Shown here piece by piece: positions 52,076-64,000 of a stretch of DNA of 64,000 nucleotides (positions are counted from its first letter, which is position 1; every line of letters begins with the position of its first letter). This DNA is from an uncultured Gammaproteobacteria bacterium. Lineage in GTDB: Bacteria; Pseudomonadota; Gammaproteobacteria; Pseudomonadales; Pseudomonadaceae. Under the pieces are notes generated by a model that searched no databases, was not told where the DNA came from, and saw only the letters and a program-made list of their open reading frames with translations. The stretch covers positions 10,203 to 74,202 of the forward strand of contig CALZAE010000003.1 in NCBI GenBank assembly GCA_945612235.1. The letters run 5' to 3'. A program made the position numbers and the translations under genes.

Positions 52076-52489
52076 ATGATTTTTATCAGCAATCATATCC
52101 GCCTCGAAGACCACGAAGTTGAGATCAGCGCAATACGCTCTCAAGGAGCTGGCGGACAAAACGTCAATAAAGTTTCATCAGCGATTCACTTACGCTTTGA
52201 TATTCACGCCTCCAGTCTACTGGAGTTTCAAAAACAGCAATTACTCGAAAGCAAAGACAGCCGCATCAGCAAAGAAGGCGTGCTGATTATTAAAGCGCAA
52301 CAATTTCGCACTCAAGAAAAAAATAAAATTGATGCTTTTGAACGCTTACAACAATTTATCCTAGCTGCCACCTACATCAGTAAAACTCGCAGACCCACCA
52401 AGCCCAGTAAGAATGCCAAACGCAAACGCACCGATCAAAAAACCCAACGCGGTGTGACCAAATCTTTACGTGGTAAAGTCGACTACTAA
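52076..52489 (+). CDS. arfB: Alternative ribosome-rescue peptidyl-tRNA hydrolase ArfB
   Basis: RSQGAGGQNVNKVSS (GGQ) and basic tail RRPTKPS...K...RG..KSLRG. Confidence 0.95.
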   Translation: MIFISNHIRLEDHEVEISAIRSQGAGGQNVNKVSSAIHLRFDIHASSLLEFQKQQLLESKDSRISKEGVLIIKAQQFRTQEKNKIDAFERLQQFILAATYISKTRRPTKPSKNAKRKRTDQKTQRGVTKSLRGKVDY

Positions 52490-52516
52490 AGCCGTGCAAC
52501 AGTTCAGGAACTACTC

Positions 52517-53761
52517 ATGCATATGCTGCCTATCACCCAGAATCGTCGCCAACCCAGCCGCATTACTTTTATTGTATTAATGATTGTGGTCGGTCTTAAC
52601 TTGCGCCCAGCATTATCATCCTTGGCGCCCTTGTTGCCGCGCATTGCAAGTGAAGGCCAACTTTCAGTGCTGGCTTTATCCTTACTGACCACTTTGCCCG
52701 TACTCTGTCTTGGGCTTTTTGCGCCCTTTTCACCTTGGCTAGCCAGACGCTTAGGGCTGGAGCGCAGTTTGGCACTGGCGCTGATTATTTTAAGCTTGGG
52801 TTTAGCTCTACGTGGCTTAGGTCATGCTCCTGCATTATTTAGCGGCACCTTACTCGTGGGCGCTGCGATTGGCGTGCTGGGTACATTATTACCAGCTCTA
52901 GTGAAACGTGAGCTGGCTGACAGCGCTGACTTAATGACCGGTGTGTACACCATGGCGCTATGCTTAGGTGGCGCTTTGGGTGCTGGGCTGAGCATTCCCT
53001 TAGCTGATTTATTGGGCAGTTGGTCACTGAGCTTAATGGCTTGGGCAGGTTTAGCTTTAAGTGCACTACTGGCTTGGTGGTGGATTATGCCGCAACCTGC
53101 AGCAAACCCTGAGTTCAAAGCATCACCTGGCCATGCCCGTGCCTTACTGCGCAACCCGCTGGCCTGGCAGGTAATGCTATTTATGGGCAGTCAATCTTCA
53201 TTAGCTTATATCGTCTTTGGCTGGCTACCCACGCTATTGGTGCGACAAGGCTACAATGAAAATGAAGCTGGTTGGCTGATGGGCGCATCTATTATGACCC
53301 AACTGATCTCTGCCATTGGTGCTCCTTGGTTAGCACGTCTGAGCAAAGATCAGCGCCCAGCTATTATGTTAGTGCTTGCTCTGGTGGCTGCAGGCTTGTT
53401 GCTCTTGCTGCTAGGTCCAACATCCATGCGCTGGCCGGGCGCAATTTTACTCGGCTTAGGTCAAGGCGGATCATTTAGTTTGGCACTGACACTGATAGTG
53501 TTGCGCAGTGCTAATGCCAGTATTGCTGGTGAGCTCTCAGCATTAGTTCAAGGCGGTGGTTACACACTAGCAGCCATGGGACCTTTAGCGGTAGGCCTGA
53601 TGATTGATGCTGAGTTTGGCATCCAAGCTATTACTTGGGTACTGCTAACGGTATTGGCTTTTGCTGCCGTCATGGCTCTATTGGCTGGGCGCCAGCACCG
53701 TTTAGACATAAATCATGCTGGAGCTTTAATCACGGTGAAGCTAAAAAGCAGGCATGAATAG
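52517..53761 (+). CDS. CynX/YeaN-like MFS transporter
   Basis: GLNLRP, TTLPVLC, LPALVKR, WLPT, LSALVQGGGY. Confidence 0.88.
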   Translation: MHMLPITQNRRQPSRITFIVLMIVVGLNLRPALSSLAPLLPRIASEGQLSVLALSLLTTLPVLCLGLFAPFSPWLARRLGLERSLALALIILSLGLALRGLGHAPALFSGTLLVGAAIGVLGTLLPALVKRELADSADLMTGVYTMALCLGGALGAGLSIPLADLLGSWSLSLMAWAGLALSALLAWWWIMPQPAANPEFKASPGHARALLRNPLAWQVMLFMGSQSSLAYIVFGWLPTLLVRQGYNENEAGWLMGASIMTQLISAIGAPWLARLSKDQRPAIMLVLALVAAGLLLLLLGPTSMRWPGAILLGLGQGGSFSLALTLIVLRSANASIAGELSALVQGGGYTLAAMGPLAVGLMIDAEFGIQAITWVLLTVLAFAAVMALLAGRQHRLDINHAGALITVKLKSRHE

Positions 53762-53990
53762 TTGTCTATTATGAGTGCAACATCTCATTCTGCTTACTGG
53801 ATAAGGGAAAGTGACCTGCGCCAAATTCTCTGCGCTCAACTGTTGCCAATCAGTGTGCTGCCAGTCGTAGGTGTCGTGTTCTTGAAAATACTCAACACTG
53901 CCCAAAATACTTAAGTCACTGCGCGTCAGTGCCAACAGCCGCTACAATCACTGAGGCTGTTAGCACGCATAAACGACTCACCTGTCAGGG

Positions 53991-54209
53991 TTATTTTCTA
54001 TTGCCCATCAGCAGTAGTGCACCACCAAATAAGACCGCGGCCAGCCCTGCCCACACCGGGATATTGACAGTTTCTTTTTCTTTAGCGGTCAATTCAACCG
54101 AGCCTAACTTAACCACAGTGGTATCTTTCGTGTAACTAAAACCACCATAAGCCAAGCCTAAACTACCGGCAACAATCAAGGCGATCGCAAGAGTTCTTAT
54201 TGTATTCAT
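53991..54209 (-). CDS. Small two-TM membrane protein
   Basis: AAGGA RBS; GLAYGGFSYTKDT...KETVNIPVWAG. Confidence 0.8.
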   Translation of the reverse strand: MNTIRTLAIALIVAGSLGLAYGGFSYTKDTTVVKLGSVELTAKEKETVNIPVWAGLAAVLFGGALLLMGNRK

Positions 54210-54307
54210 AATGTGATTCCTTTGGTTATTGATCCAAATTGCAACATACGCTGCATTTGGCTGAGCACGCTCTAGGTCATTAAAGCATGATTAACTTGGC
54301 ATGCCAT

Positions 54308-54589
54308 CTAAGATCGCTCTTCAAGGCATTCATAGCCACCCATTTCAAACTCGCGGCAAATCCATGGGCGCTGCTCATAAATACTGCACAGCATGGTGTC
54401 TCGATCTAAAGCAGCGCACCAACCATCCTCTAAACGCGCCATGCTCATACCACCCCAAGCATCAAACTCAATATAGCGCTCAGGCACACCCGTATCACTG
54501 ATCAGCATCACCTCTAAACGGCAACAGTTTGCTTTGCAGGTTGCACAAGTGACAGCAGTACTCGGTACGTTCACTAGATCAATGTTCAT
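54308..54589 (-). CDS. YkgJ-family cysteine-cluster protein
   Basis: CxxCxxxCC ... C ... CSIYEQRPWICR. Confidence 0.88.
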   Translation of the reverse strand: MNIDLVNVPSTAVTCATCKANCCRLEVMLISDTGVPERYIEFDAWGGMSMARLEDGWCAALDRDTMLCSIYEQRPWICREFEMGGYECLEERS

Positions 54590-54691
54590 TGTTTATTGCA
54601 CACCAGTTGTGTCGCCCCCTATTTAATCTCAACAGTGCAATCACAGGCACGCTCGAGCACTGTCATCACACTGTTCATTAGCGCATCTTTC

Positions 54692-55264
54692 TTAGGCTTG
54701 CTTAACCTGCTGACCGAAGGCGCGGACACGCAATGCAAGCAATACCAGCAGCACACCAAATAACACCGCGTATAAAGCAATCAACCACGCCATAGCTAAA
54801 GCACCAGCCACAGGCTGTGCCATCATAAACACACCAAAAATCACAGAAGCCAGGCCACCTAAAATCAGCAACCACTCACCTTGAATTTGCTTACGCAGAC
54901 GGATACCCGCCAAAATTTGCAAGACACCCGTAGCAATCGCCCAAATGGCGATATAAAACAATAGCGCTAACGCAGTGATACCCGGCGCTAAGAACGTCAG
55001 TATACCTACACCGACACTAATCAAAGCCCAAATCAGTAACACCCACCAATCATCATGATCTTTACGTCCTGCTACGGCTGAATACACCCCAAGTACACCA
55101 TCAGCTAAAATATAAGCCCCGAAAAACAAGATCAGCAAAGTCACTGAGATCTCCGGTTGGCGCCAGGTTAATACGCCAAATACAATGGCCAACACACCAC
55201 GTAACATCAGCACCCACCAAGTTAAAGACAGAATGCTGGCTAATCGAGTTTCAATACTGTTCAT
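54692..55264 (-). CDS. HdeD/DUF308 family membrane protein
   Basis: WWVLMLRGVLAIVFG, about six TM helices, WLLILGGLASVIFG. Confidence 0.85.
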   Translation of the reverse strand: MNSIETRLASILSLTWWVLMLRGVLAIVFGVLTWRQPEISVTLLILFFGAYILADGVLGVYSAVAGRKDHDDWWVLLIWALISVGVGILTFLAPGITALALLFYIAIWAIATGVLQILAGIRLRKQIQGEWLLILGGLASVIFGVFMMAQPVAGALAMAWLIALYAVLFGVLLVLLALRVRAFGQQVKQA

Positions 55265-55345
55265 AAAACGTATATCCCTTTGGTTTTGAGTCAAAATCAC
55301 GACAAGTGAACAACTCTAAGTGAGGTCAGTCTATCCGGATTAAGC

Positions 55346-56620
55346 TTAGCTCTGGTTAACTGATATTTCTGTTCGATTACGGCCTAAATCTTTAGCACGA
55401 TAAAGTGCCTGATCCACACGCTCAATCAAATTAGCCAGTGCCTCGTTGTTCTGCAACTCACCTACGCCAATCGACACTGTGGTCACGCCAACCTTGTCAT
55501 GGGGTTTACTTTGCACTGCCTGTCGGCAACGTTCAGCCAAACGCAACCCTTGCTCTAAACCGCAGCCGGCAAACACCAATAAAAACTCTTCACCACCCCA
55601 ACGAATGACTGTATCGTTGGCTCGCAGTGTTGCTAGCATCGCGTCAGCAATCGTCTTGAGTACAGCATCACCAGCGTTATGACCCCATGTATCGTTGACC
55701 TGTTTAAAGTGATCAGCATCCACCATGGCAATCGACAGTGGTAAATCACAACTGCGGTAGTGCATATAAGCTTTTTCCAGTGCTTGCTCTCCTGCCGCCC
55801 GAGTCAACACACCTGTCAGCGCATCCAAGCGCACCATTTCACGAAATTTTTGCTCTGCAAGAACGCGAGTGGTTTCATCACGAAATATACTCACGTAATG
55901 GGTAATAGTGTTGTGCTCATCCATCAATGGCGTAATAGTTTCATCACAGTAGATCAACTCATGACTCTTACTGCGGTTGACAAAGGTACCCTTGAAAGAT
56001 TCGCCTTTCTGCAGCGTGCTCCACATATCACGGTAAAAACTCTCATTCTGCTCACCGGACTTGAGAAGTCGTGGATTCCGCCCAAGAACATCTGTCAGTC
56101 CATAACCAGTGATATTTTCAAAAGCTTTGTTAGCAAATTCTATAGTGCCCGCGCTATCGGTAATCAACACACCATCATCAGTGGCGTTGAGGACCTGAGC
56201 AAAAAGTTTGTTACTCTTTTGTGCGGCGACTAAGCTGCTGATATCTTGCTGTAAAGAAACGAAATGCGTGATCTCGCCTGCAAGATTGCGTACTGCTGAG
56301 ATGCTCCATTCAACGGTATAAGGCCGTCCATCCTTGCGATAATTAACCGTTGAACCTTGAAAAAAAGTACCCTCACGTACACATTGGCGCAAGCGCTCAA
56401 TCACCTCTGGATTGGTTGCTGACCCCTGCATAATACGTGGGTTTTTCCCTAACAGTTCTTCTTCGCTATAACCGCTCATCTGCAAAAAAGCTTGATTGAC
56501 AAAAACAATACGATGCCCACCTTCCCCGGTATAGGCATCTGTCATCAAGACAGCGCTATATGACTGATCAAGAGCAAAAGCAATGACACTAGGGTCAATT
56601 TTTTGAGCAATCGTATTCAT
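55346..56620 (-). CDS. PAS-PAS-GGDEF diguanylate cyclase
   Basis: Two PAS domains (GKNPRIMQG; GRNPRLLKSG), DALTG, DADHFKQVNDTWGH, I-site RAND, active GGEEF. Confidence 0.93.
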   Translation of the reverse strand: MNTIAQKIDPSVIAFALDQSYSAVLMTDAYTGEGGHRIVFVNQAFLQMSGYSEEELLGKNPRIMQGSATNPEVIERLRQCVREGTFFQGSTVNYRKDGRPYTVEWSISAVRNLAGEITHFVSLQQDISSLVAAQKSNKLFAQVLNATDDGVLITDSAGTIEFANKAFENITGYGLTDVLGRNPRLLKSGEQNESFYRDMWSTLQKGESFKGTFVNRSKSHELIYCDETITPLMDEHNTITHYVSIFRDETTRVLAEQKFREMVRLDALTGVLTRAAGEQALEKAYMHYRSCDLPLSIAMVDADHFKQVNDTWGHNAGDAVLKTIADAMLATLRANDTVIRWGGEEFLLVFAGCGLEQGLRLAERCRQAVQSKPHDKVGVTTVSIGVGELQNNEALANLIERVDQALYRAKDLGRNRTEISVNQS

Positions 56621-56784
56621 ACTCCGGGCAACACTCCGCATTCATTCTCGTTGTTGAAATCACTCAAAGCCGCTACCCCATTATTTTAAACGTTAAAGAT
56701 TGAGCAGAAACTCTACTGCCATTTACACAGAAAAATCCCAATCAACTGCTGTAGTTTAAGTTTGAACTTAATGTACGCCAAACC

Positions 56785-56810
56785 AAAAAAGCCATCACAA
56801 GGATGGCTTT
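56785..56810 (-). terminator. Rho-independent terminator after sucD
   Basis: AAAAAAGCCATC-acaag-GATGGCTTT; U tract on the minus strand. Confidence 0.85.
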
Positions 56811-56819
56811 AAGACATTT

Positions 56820-57701
56820 TTACTTATGCTGCCAACCGGTAATCTCGGCTAAGGCTGTACCAATATCAGCCAACGAGCGCACTGTTTTCACCCCCGCATC
56901 TTGTAACGCAGCAAATTTCTCATCAGCAGTGCCTTTACCACCAGAAATAATAGCTCCAGCATGCCCCATACGTTTGCCCTCAGGCGCTGTTACACCAGCA
57001 ATATAAGACACCACCGGCTTAGTCACATGGGCTTTAATATAAGAAGCGGCCTCTTCTTCAGCGCTACCACCAATCTCGCCAATCAGCACAATGGCTTCGG
57101 TTTGTGGATCGGCTTGAAACATTTTTAAAATATCAATAAAACTGGAGCCCGGAATCGGGTCGCCACCAATGCCGACACAGGTCGACTGGCCAAAACCTGC
57201 ATCTGTGGTTTGCTTGACTGCTTCATAAGTCAAAGTCCCCGAGCGTGAGACAATGCCGACTTTACCAGGCATATGAATAAAGCCTGGCTGAATACCAATT
57301 TTGCATTCACCAGGAGTAATAACGCCTGGACAGTTGGGCCCAATTAAACGTACCCCCAACTCATCGCACTTCACTTTGACAGCCAACATATCCAAAGTTG
57401 GTATGCCTTCAGTGATGCAAATAATCAGTTTAATGCCAGCAAATGCAGCCTCTAAAATAGAATCCTTGCAAAAGGCTGCAGGCACATAAATCACAGACGC
57501 ATCTGCCCCCGTGGCTTGTACAGCTTCCAAGACCGTATTAAACACCGGCAAGCCCAAGTGTGTCGTCCCCCCTTTACCTGGGGTGACACCACCTACCATT
57601 TTCGTACCATAAGCAATAGCTTGCTCAGAGTGAAAGGTCCCTTGCGCACCGGTAAAGCCTTGGCAAATCACCTTAGTGTCTTTGTTAATTAAAATACTCA
57701 T
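56820..57701 (-). CDS. sucD: Succinyl-CoA synthetase alpha subunit
   Basis: [27 protein letters not shown]. Confidence 0.98.
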   Translation of the reverse strand: MSILINKDTKVICQGFTGAQGTFHSEQAIAYGTKMVGGVTPGKGGTTHLGLPVFNTVLEAVQATGADASVIYVPAAFCKDSILEAAFAGIKLIICITEGIPTLDMLAVKVKCDELGVRLIGPNCPGVITPGECKIGIQPGFIHMPGKVGIVSRSGTLTYEAVKQTTDAGFGQSTCVGIGGDPIPGSSFIDILKMFQADPQTEAIVLIGEIGGSAEEEAASYIKAHVTKPVVSYIAGVTAPEGKRMGHAGAIISGGKGTADEKFAALQDAGVKTVRSLADIGTALAEITGWQHK

Positions 57702-58870
57702 GCCTGCTCCCCTTGCGCTGCAGCAACCACTTGTATTGCCGCATCACTGAGACTACTGGCAGCAATAATATTCAAACCACTTTCAGCTAATACCTGACGA
57801 CCTAAGGCCGCATTATTACCTTCTAAACGCACCACTACTGGCACTTTAACGCCCACTTCTTTGACTGCGCCAATCACGCCTTCGGCGATCATATCGCAAC
57901 GCACAATACCGCCAAAAATATTAATCAAAACTGCTTTAACATGGGTATCAGAAAGAATGATTTTAAAGGCTTCAGAAACGCGCTCTTTGGTTGCACCGCC
58001 ACCGACATCTAAAAAGTTGGCAGGCTTACCACCGTGGTGATTAACAATATCCATAGTCCCCATGGCTAAACCAGCACCATTGACCATGCAACCAATATCA
58101 CCATCGAGGGCAACATAGTTGAGTTCAAATTGTGCGGCATGTGCTTCACGTGGATCTTCTTGCCCAAAATCTTGCATGCTACGTAACTTAGGCTGGCGAT
58201 AAAGCGCATTACTATCAATGGTCACTTTGGCATCTAAACAATGCAGATAGCCGTCTTTGGTAATCACCAAGGGGTTGACTTCGAGCAACGCCACATCGCG
58301 CTCAACAAACAGCTTGGCTAAACTTAAAAATATTTTAACAAACTGCTGTACCTGATCGCCTTGCATACCTAATTGGTAGGCTAAATATCGGCCTTGAAAA
58401 GGCTGCGCGCCAATACTTGGATCGATCATGACACGTAATATTTTTTCTGGCGTGGCGTGCGCTACTTTTTCAATATCAACACCGCCTTCAGTGGACGCCA
58501 TAAACACGACTCGACGTGAAGCACGGTCCACTACGGCACCCAAATATAATTCTTGGGTAAAATCAGTGCATGCTTCAACCAGTATCTGATTCACCGGCTG
58601 ACCATCTGCATCAGTTTGATAGGTGACTAAACGCTTACCCAGCCACTGCGCGGCAAAGTCTTTAGCGTCCTCAGGAGTAGTAACTAATTTAACCCCGCCG
58701 GCTTTACCACGACCACCAGCATGCACTTGGGCTTTAACAACCCAACGCTCACCACCAATGCTATGACAGGCTTGCTCAGCTGCTTGAGGTGTCTCAGCAA
58801 CAAAGGCCGCGGATACAGGTAATCCATATTCAGAAAATAATTGCTTCGCTTGATATTCATGCAAGTTCAT
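57698..58870 (-). CDS. sucC: Succinyl-CoA synthetase beta subunit
   Basis: [37 protein letters not shown]. Confidence 0.98.
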   Translation of the reverse strand: MNLHEYQAKQLFSEYGLPVSAAFVAETPQAAEQACHSIGGERWVVKAQVHAGGRGKAGGVKLVTTPEDAKDFAAQWLGKRLVTYQTDADGQPVNQILVEACTDFTQELYLGAVVDRASRRVVFMASTEGGVDIEKVAHATPEKILRVMIDPSIGAQPFQGRYLAYQLGMQGDQVQQFVKIFLSLAKLFVERDVALLEVNPLVITKDGYLHCLDAKVTIDSNALYRQPKLRSMQDFGQEDPREAHAAQFELNYVALDGDIGCMVNGAGLAMGTMDIVNHHGGKPANFLDVGGGATKERVSEAFKIILSDTHVKAVLINIFGGIVRCDMIAEGVIGAVKEVGVKVPVVVRLEGNNAALGRQVLAESGLNIIAASSLSDAAIQVVAAAQGEQA

Positions 58871-58995
58871 AAAGCCCTACCCGGTAAGTGTTAGATAATG
58901 TGAGATCTACCTAGTACCGAGTGTAACGGCTATCGCTCTATTAAATCAGCTCGCAAACTGTAATAAGTCAGAATTAACTTTTAGAAGGCAGAATC

Positions 58996-59022
58996 AAAAC
59001 CGCCCCGATTAAGGGGCGGTTT
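58996..59022 (-). terminator. Rho-independent terminator after lpd
   Basis: AAAACCGCCCC-gattaa-GGGGCGGTTT. Confidence 0.8.
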
Positions 59023-59027
59023 ATTGA

Positions 59028-60476
<1,449 letters not shown>

Positions 60477-60497
60477 TTAAGTGGTATAAACCACGTA

Positions 60498-60528
60498 CTG
60501 CAGCCGCTTAATCTGTCAGCGGCTGCAG
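60498..60528. other. Intercistronic hairpin between sucB and lpd
   Basis: CTGCAGCCGCT...AGCGGCTGCAG 11-bp perfect stem, no U tract. Confidence 0.6.
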
Positions 60529-60533
60529 AATTA

Positions 60534-61733
60534 TCAGATATCCAACAACAGACGTGCTGGGTCTTCTAACAAGTTTTTCATGGTGACAAGGAAAGTCACT
60601 GCTTCTTTGCCATCAATTAAACGGTGGTCATAGGACAATGCTAAGTACATCATCGGCAAAATAACCACTTCACCGTCGACAGCCATTGGACGCTCTTGGA
60701 TTTTATGCATACCCAAGATTGCTGTTTGTGGTGGGTTAACGATAGGCGTTGACAGTAAAGAACCGAATACACCACCGTTAGAAATAGTGAAAGTACCGCC
60801 CGTCATTTCTTCTAAAGTCAGCTTACCTTCTTTAGCTTTACGACCGTATGCGTTAATGCCACCTTCAATTTCCGCAAGGCTCATAAACTCTGCGTTACGC
60901 AGTACCGGTACCACTAGACCACGGTCGCTGGAGACAGCAACACCGATATCTTGGTAACCGTGGTAAACGATATCGCTACCATCAATCGAAGCATTCACAC
61001 CAGGCTGACGCTTCAGTGCTTCAACTGCTGCTTTAATAAAGAACGACATAAAGCCTAAACGTACACCGTTATGGGTCTTTTCGAACAAGTCTTTGTACTT
61101 GCTACGCAGTTCCATAATCGGCTTCATGTTGACTTCGTTAAAGGTCGTCAACATTGCCATTGAAGATTGCGCTTCAACTAAGCGCTCAGCAACTTTCTTA
61201 CGCAGACGCGTCATAGGCACACGTTTTTCTACGCGATCACCGGCAGCAAACAGCGGTGCTTCTGCAGCAGGAGCAGCAGCTTTAGCGGCAGGCGCTGGCT
61301 TGTTAGCCACTGCAGCAACAGCATCTTCTTTAGTCACACGACCATCTTTGCCTGTACCAGCGATATCTGCTGGGTTCAGTGCATTTTCTGCGGCAATTTT
61401 ACGTGCTGCTGGAGACAAGATAGCATCTTCGCCCGCTGCGGCTGGAGCGGCTTCGCTCGCTGCAGGTGCTGGCGCAGCAGCAGGAGCTGCCACAGCTTCA
61501 GTGTCCAAACGACCTAACAACTCGCCGCTTAAAACTGTTGCATCTTCATCAGCAACAATTTCAGTGATCACGCCATCTGCTTCAGCCAAAACTTCCATCA
61601 CAACTTTGTCGGTTTCGATATCAACAATCAGCTCATCACGCTTAACAGCGTCGCCTACTTTTTTGTGCCATGTTGCAACGGTGCCATCAGCGACCGACTC
61701 GGGAAATGCTGGGGCTTTAATTTCGATAGCCAT
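60534..61733 (-). CDS. sucB: 2-oxoglutarate dehydrogenase E2 (dihydrolipoamide succinyltransferase)
   Basis: Lipoyl [26 protein letters not shown]. Confidence 0.98.
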   Translation of the reverse strand: MAIEIKAPAFPESVADGTVATWHKKVGDAVKRDELIVDIETDKVVMEVLAEADGVITEIVADEDATVLSGELLGRLDTEAVAAPAAAPAPAASEAAPAAAGEDAILSPAARKIAAENALNPADIAGTGKDGRVTKEDAVAAVANKPAPAAKAAAPAAEAPLFAAGDRVEKRVPMTRLRKKVAERLVEAQSSMAMLTTFNEVNMKPIMELRSKYKDLFEKTHNGVRLGFMSFFIKAAVEALKRQPGVNASIDGSDIVYHGYQDIGVAVSSDRGLVVPVLRNAEFMSLAEIEGGINAYGRKAKEGKLTLEEMTGGTFTISNGGVFGSLLSTPIVNPPQTAILGMHKIQERPMAVDGEVVILPMMYLALSYDHRLIDGKEAVTFLVTMKNLLEDPARLLLDI

Positions 61734-61766
61734 AATAATGTGTTCCTATAAATTCGGTTGTTACGT

Positions 61767-61799
61767 AAAAAACCGCACTGAATTGAACAGTGCGGTTTT
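61767..61799 (-). terminator. Terminator-like hairpin between sucA and sucB
   Basis: AAAAAACCGCACTG-aattgaa-CAGTGCGGTTTT; U6 tract on the minus strand. Confidence 0.6.
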
Positions 61800-61808
61800 A
61801 TCGCTGAT

Positions 61809-64000
61809 TTAAACGTTAAAAGCTTCTTGCAACAATTGTTCTTGCTGCTCAGCATGCATCGATGCATAACCACAAGCCGGCGATGCAGAAGCAATACGGC
61901 CGGCGTACTGCAACTCAACACTCGGCTGATGAGCCTGAGCCACACGACGCATATGATGCTGACTGCAATACCAAGCACCTTGGTTCATCGGCTCTTCTTG
62001 ACACCAGATGATCTGCTTGAGGTTTTTGTATTTGGCAAACTCGGCACCTAAATCATCTTCAGGGAACGGATAGAGCTGCTCAATACGTACGATGGCTGTG
62101 TTATTTAAGCCTTCGTTACGACGCTTTTCTAGCAAGTCGTAATACACCTTACCGCTACACATGATCAAACGATCAACTTTATCAGCATCTAACGAATCAA
62201 TTTCACCGATCACGTTATGGAAAGTGCCTGCAGACAAGTCTTCTAATGTAGATGTTGCTAACTTATGACGCAGTAGCGATTTTGGCGTTAAAGCAATCAA
62301 CGGCTTGCGCAGCGGACGAATCGCTTGGCGACGCAGCATATGGTAAACCTGTGCTGGTGTCGTTGGCACACACACTTGAATATTGTGCTCAGCACACAAC
62401 TGCAAGTAACGCTCTAAACGAGCGGAGGAGTGCTCTGGACCTTGACCTTCATAACCGTGCGGCAGCAACATCGTCAGACCTGATAAACGGCCCCACTTAG
62501 TTTCACCACTGGTAATAAACTGGTCAATAACAACCTGCGCACCGTTAGCAAAGTCACCAAACTGGGCTTCCCAGATCACTAATGCGTTAGGCATGGTGCT
62601 GGCATAACCGTATTCGAATGCTAATACTGCTTCTTCAGACAAGAAGGAGTCATACATATCAAAGCGTGGTTGATCTTTGTACAGATTTTGCAGACCGATA
62701 TAGGTCTCGCCATCTTTCTGATTGTGCAATACCGCGTGACGGTGCGAGAAGGTACCGCGACCCACGTCTTGGCCAGTAATACGGATTGGATAACCTTCAA
62801 ACAACAAACTGGCGTACGCAGCATTTTCTGCAAAGCCCCAGTTGAGTGGTAAGCCACCGGCAGCCATTTTCTGACGATCTTCAAGAATCTTGGACACTTG
62901 ACGCTGTACAACAAAGCCATCTGGCGTTTCTTGTAGCTTCAGTGCAAGTTCTTGCAAAGTTTTCAGATCAAAGCGCGTGTCATACTGTGGAGTCCACTTA
63001 TGACCTAGGTATGGACGCCAATCAACAAACAGTTCTTTGTTCGGCTCTTTCACCAAGCTTTGCACGACGTGCAAACCATTATCAAGCGCAGTGCGGTATT
63101 CATCACTTAAGGCTTGAACCTGCTCAGCGCTTTGGATGCCATCTTTAACCAAGGCATCAGCATAGAGTTCACGCGTAGTGCGCTGCTTGCTGATAATTTT
63201 GTACATCAATGGCTGTGTACCACTGGGTTCATCAGCTTCGTTGTGACCACGACGACGGTAGCAAACGAGGTCAATAACGACATCACGCTTGAACTGCATA
63301 CGGTAGTCAATCGCCAACTGAGTAACGAACAACACAGCTTCTGGATCATCACCATTCACGTGCAAAATAGGCGCTTCAATCATTTTCGCAACATCTGTTG
63401 CGTATTCAGTTGAACGCGTATCTTCAGGCTTACTTGTGGTGAAACCAACTTGGTTATTGATCACAACACGAATAGTACCGCCTGTTTTAAAGCCACGTGT
63501 TTGTGACATTTGGAAAGTTTCCAGCACCACACCTTGACCTGCAAACGCAGAGTCACCGTGAATGGTTACTGGAACAACTTTATCGCCATTTGAATCATTG
63601 CGACGATCTTGACGCGCGCGTACAGAACCTTCAACAACTGGAGATACGATCTCAAGGTGCGATGGGTTAAAGCTGAGCGCCAAATGCACTTCGCCACCTG
63701 GCGTCATCACGTTGGATGAGAAACCTTGGTGATATTTAACGTCGCCTGAAGCGAGGCCTTCAACGCGCTTACCATCAAACTCGTCAAATAAATCACGTGG
63801 GTTTTTACCATAGGTATTGACCAGAACGTTAAGACGTCCACGGTGGGCCATACCGACAACAATTTCTTTAGCACCATAAGAGCCTGAGCGCTGAATAATC
63901 TCATCCATTAACGGAATCAGACTTTCACCACCTTCAAGACCAAAGCGCTTGGTACCTGGGTATTTAGTACCCAAATATTTTTCCAGACCTTCACCGGCCG
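61809..64000 (-). CDS. sucA: 2-oxoglutarate dehydrogenase E1 (5' end outside the window)
   Basis: GMAHRGRLN, GDVKYH, HGDSAFAGQG, WEAQFGDF, GPEHSS; the frame continues to the window edge. Confidence 0.98.
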   Translation of the reverse strand, partial: AGEGLEKYLGTKYPGTKRFGLEGGESLIPLMDEIIQRSGSYGAKEIVVGMAHRGRLNVLVNTYGKNPRDLFDEFDGKRVEGLASGDVKYHQGFSSNVMTPGGEVHLALSFNPSHLEIVSPVVEGSVRARQDRRNDSNGDKVVPVTIHGDSAFAGQGVVLETFQMSQTRGFKTGGTIRVVINNQVGFTTSKPEDTRSTEYATDVAKMIEAPILHVNGDDPEAVLFVTQLAIDYRMQFKRDVVIDLVCYRRRGHNEADEPSGTQPLMYKIISKQRTTRELYADALVKDGIQSAEQVQALSDEYRTALDNGLHVVQSLVKEPNKELFVDWRPYLGHKWTPQYDTRFDLKTLQELALKLQETPDGFVVQRQVSKILEDRQKMAAGGLPLNWGFAENAAYASLLFEGYPIRITGQDVGRGTFSHRHAVLHNQKDGETYIGLQNLYKDQPRFDMYDSFLSEEAVLAFEYGYASTMPNALVIWEAQFGDFANGAQVVIDQFITSGETKWGRLSGLTMLLPHGYEGQGPEHSSARLERYLQLCAEHNIQVCVPTTPAQVYHMLRRQAIRPLRKPLIALTPKSLLRHKLATSTLEDLSAGTFHNVIGEIDSLDADKVDRLIMCSGKVYYDLLEKRRNEGLNNTAIVRIEQLYPFPEDDLGAEFAKYKNLKQIIWCQEEPMNQGAWYCSQHHMRRVAQAHQPSVELQYAGRIASASPACGYASMHAEQQEQLLQEAFNV

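Noticed and set aside
58871-58995. Pseudomonas sucC RNA motif in the lpd-sucC interval
   Set aside because: The position fits, but I could not match sequence or structure by eye; needs an Infernal/Rfam search.
61093-61812. 239-aa plus-strand ORF
   Set aside because: Antisense shadow of sucB caused by codon bias; the same applies to the many short ORFs overlapping called genes.

Overview
A 64-kb chromosomal window from a Pseudomonadaceae bacterium. The proteins are Pseudomonas-like but the GC content is visibly lower, so a Thiopseudomonas/Denitrificimonas-type genome is likely (inference). Most of it is housekeeping: gcvR-bcp, tusA, bepA, purU, mvaT, sbcB, pyk, pdxB, MATE, alpha-2-macroglobulin, mazG-msbA-hda, zapE-lptGF-pepA-holC, purMN, htpG, brnQ and sucA(partial)-sucB-lpd-sucCD, in a gene order shuffled relative to Pseudomonas as I recall it. 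I found no rRNA, tRNA, CRISPR array, transposase or integrase. Two signals stand out. (1) Two non-coding elements at 13602-13814 and 18926-19037 flank the alpha-2-macroglobulin gene. Each has three DnaA boxes with identical 5-bp/3-bp spacing and a Fis-like 15-mer 71-72 bp from box II; the first also has an IHF-like site and a second Fis-like site. This matches the layout of E. coli DARS (DnaA-reactivating) loci. (2) A probable blue-light/photo-oxidative-stress regulon is split over two loci. One holds a short LOV photoreceptor, a convergent LitR-type MerR regulator lacking a B12 motif, and a furan-fatty-acid-type (ufa) cluster (19.2-27.5 kb). The other is a RudS(DUF523-DUF1722)-photolyase operon (45.8-48.3 kb). 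Related T(A/G)TACA motifs occur in three promoters. All calls come from reading motifs by eye and recalled family knowledge; no searches were run.
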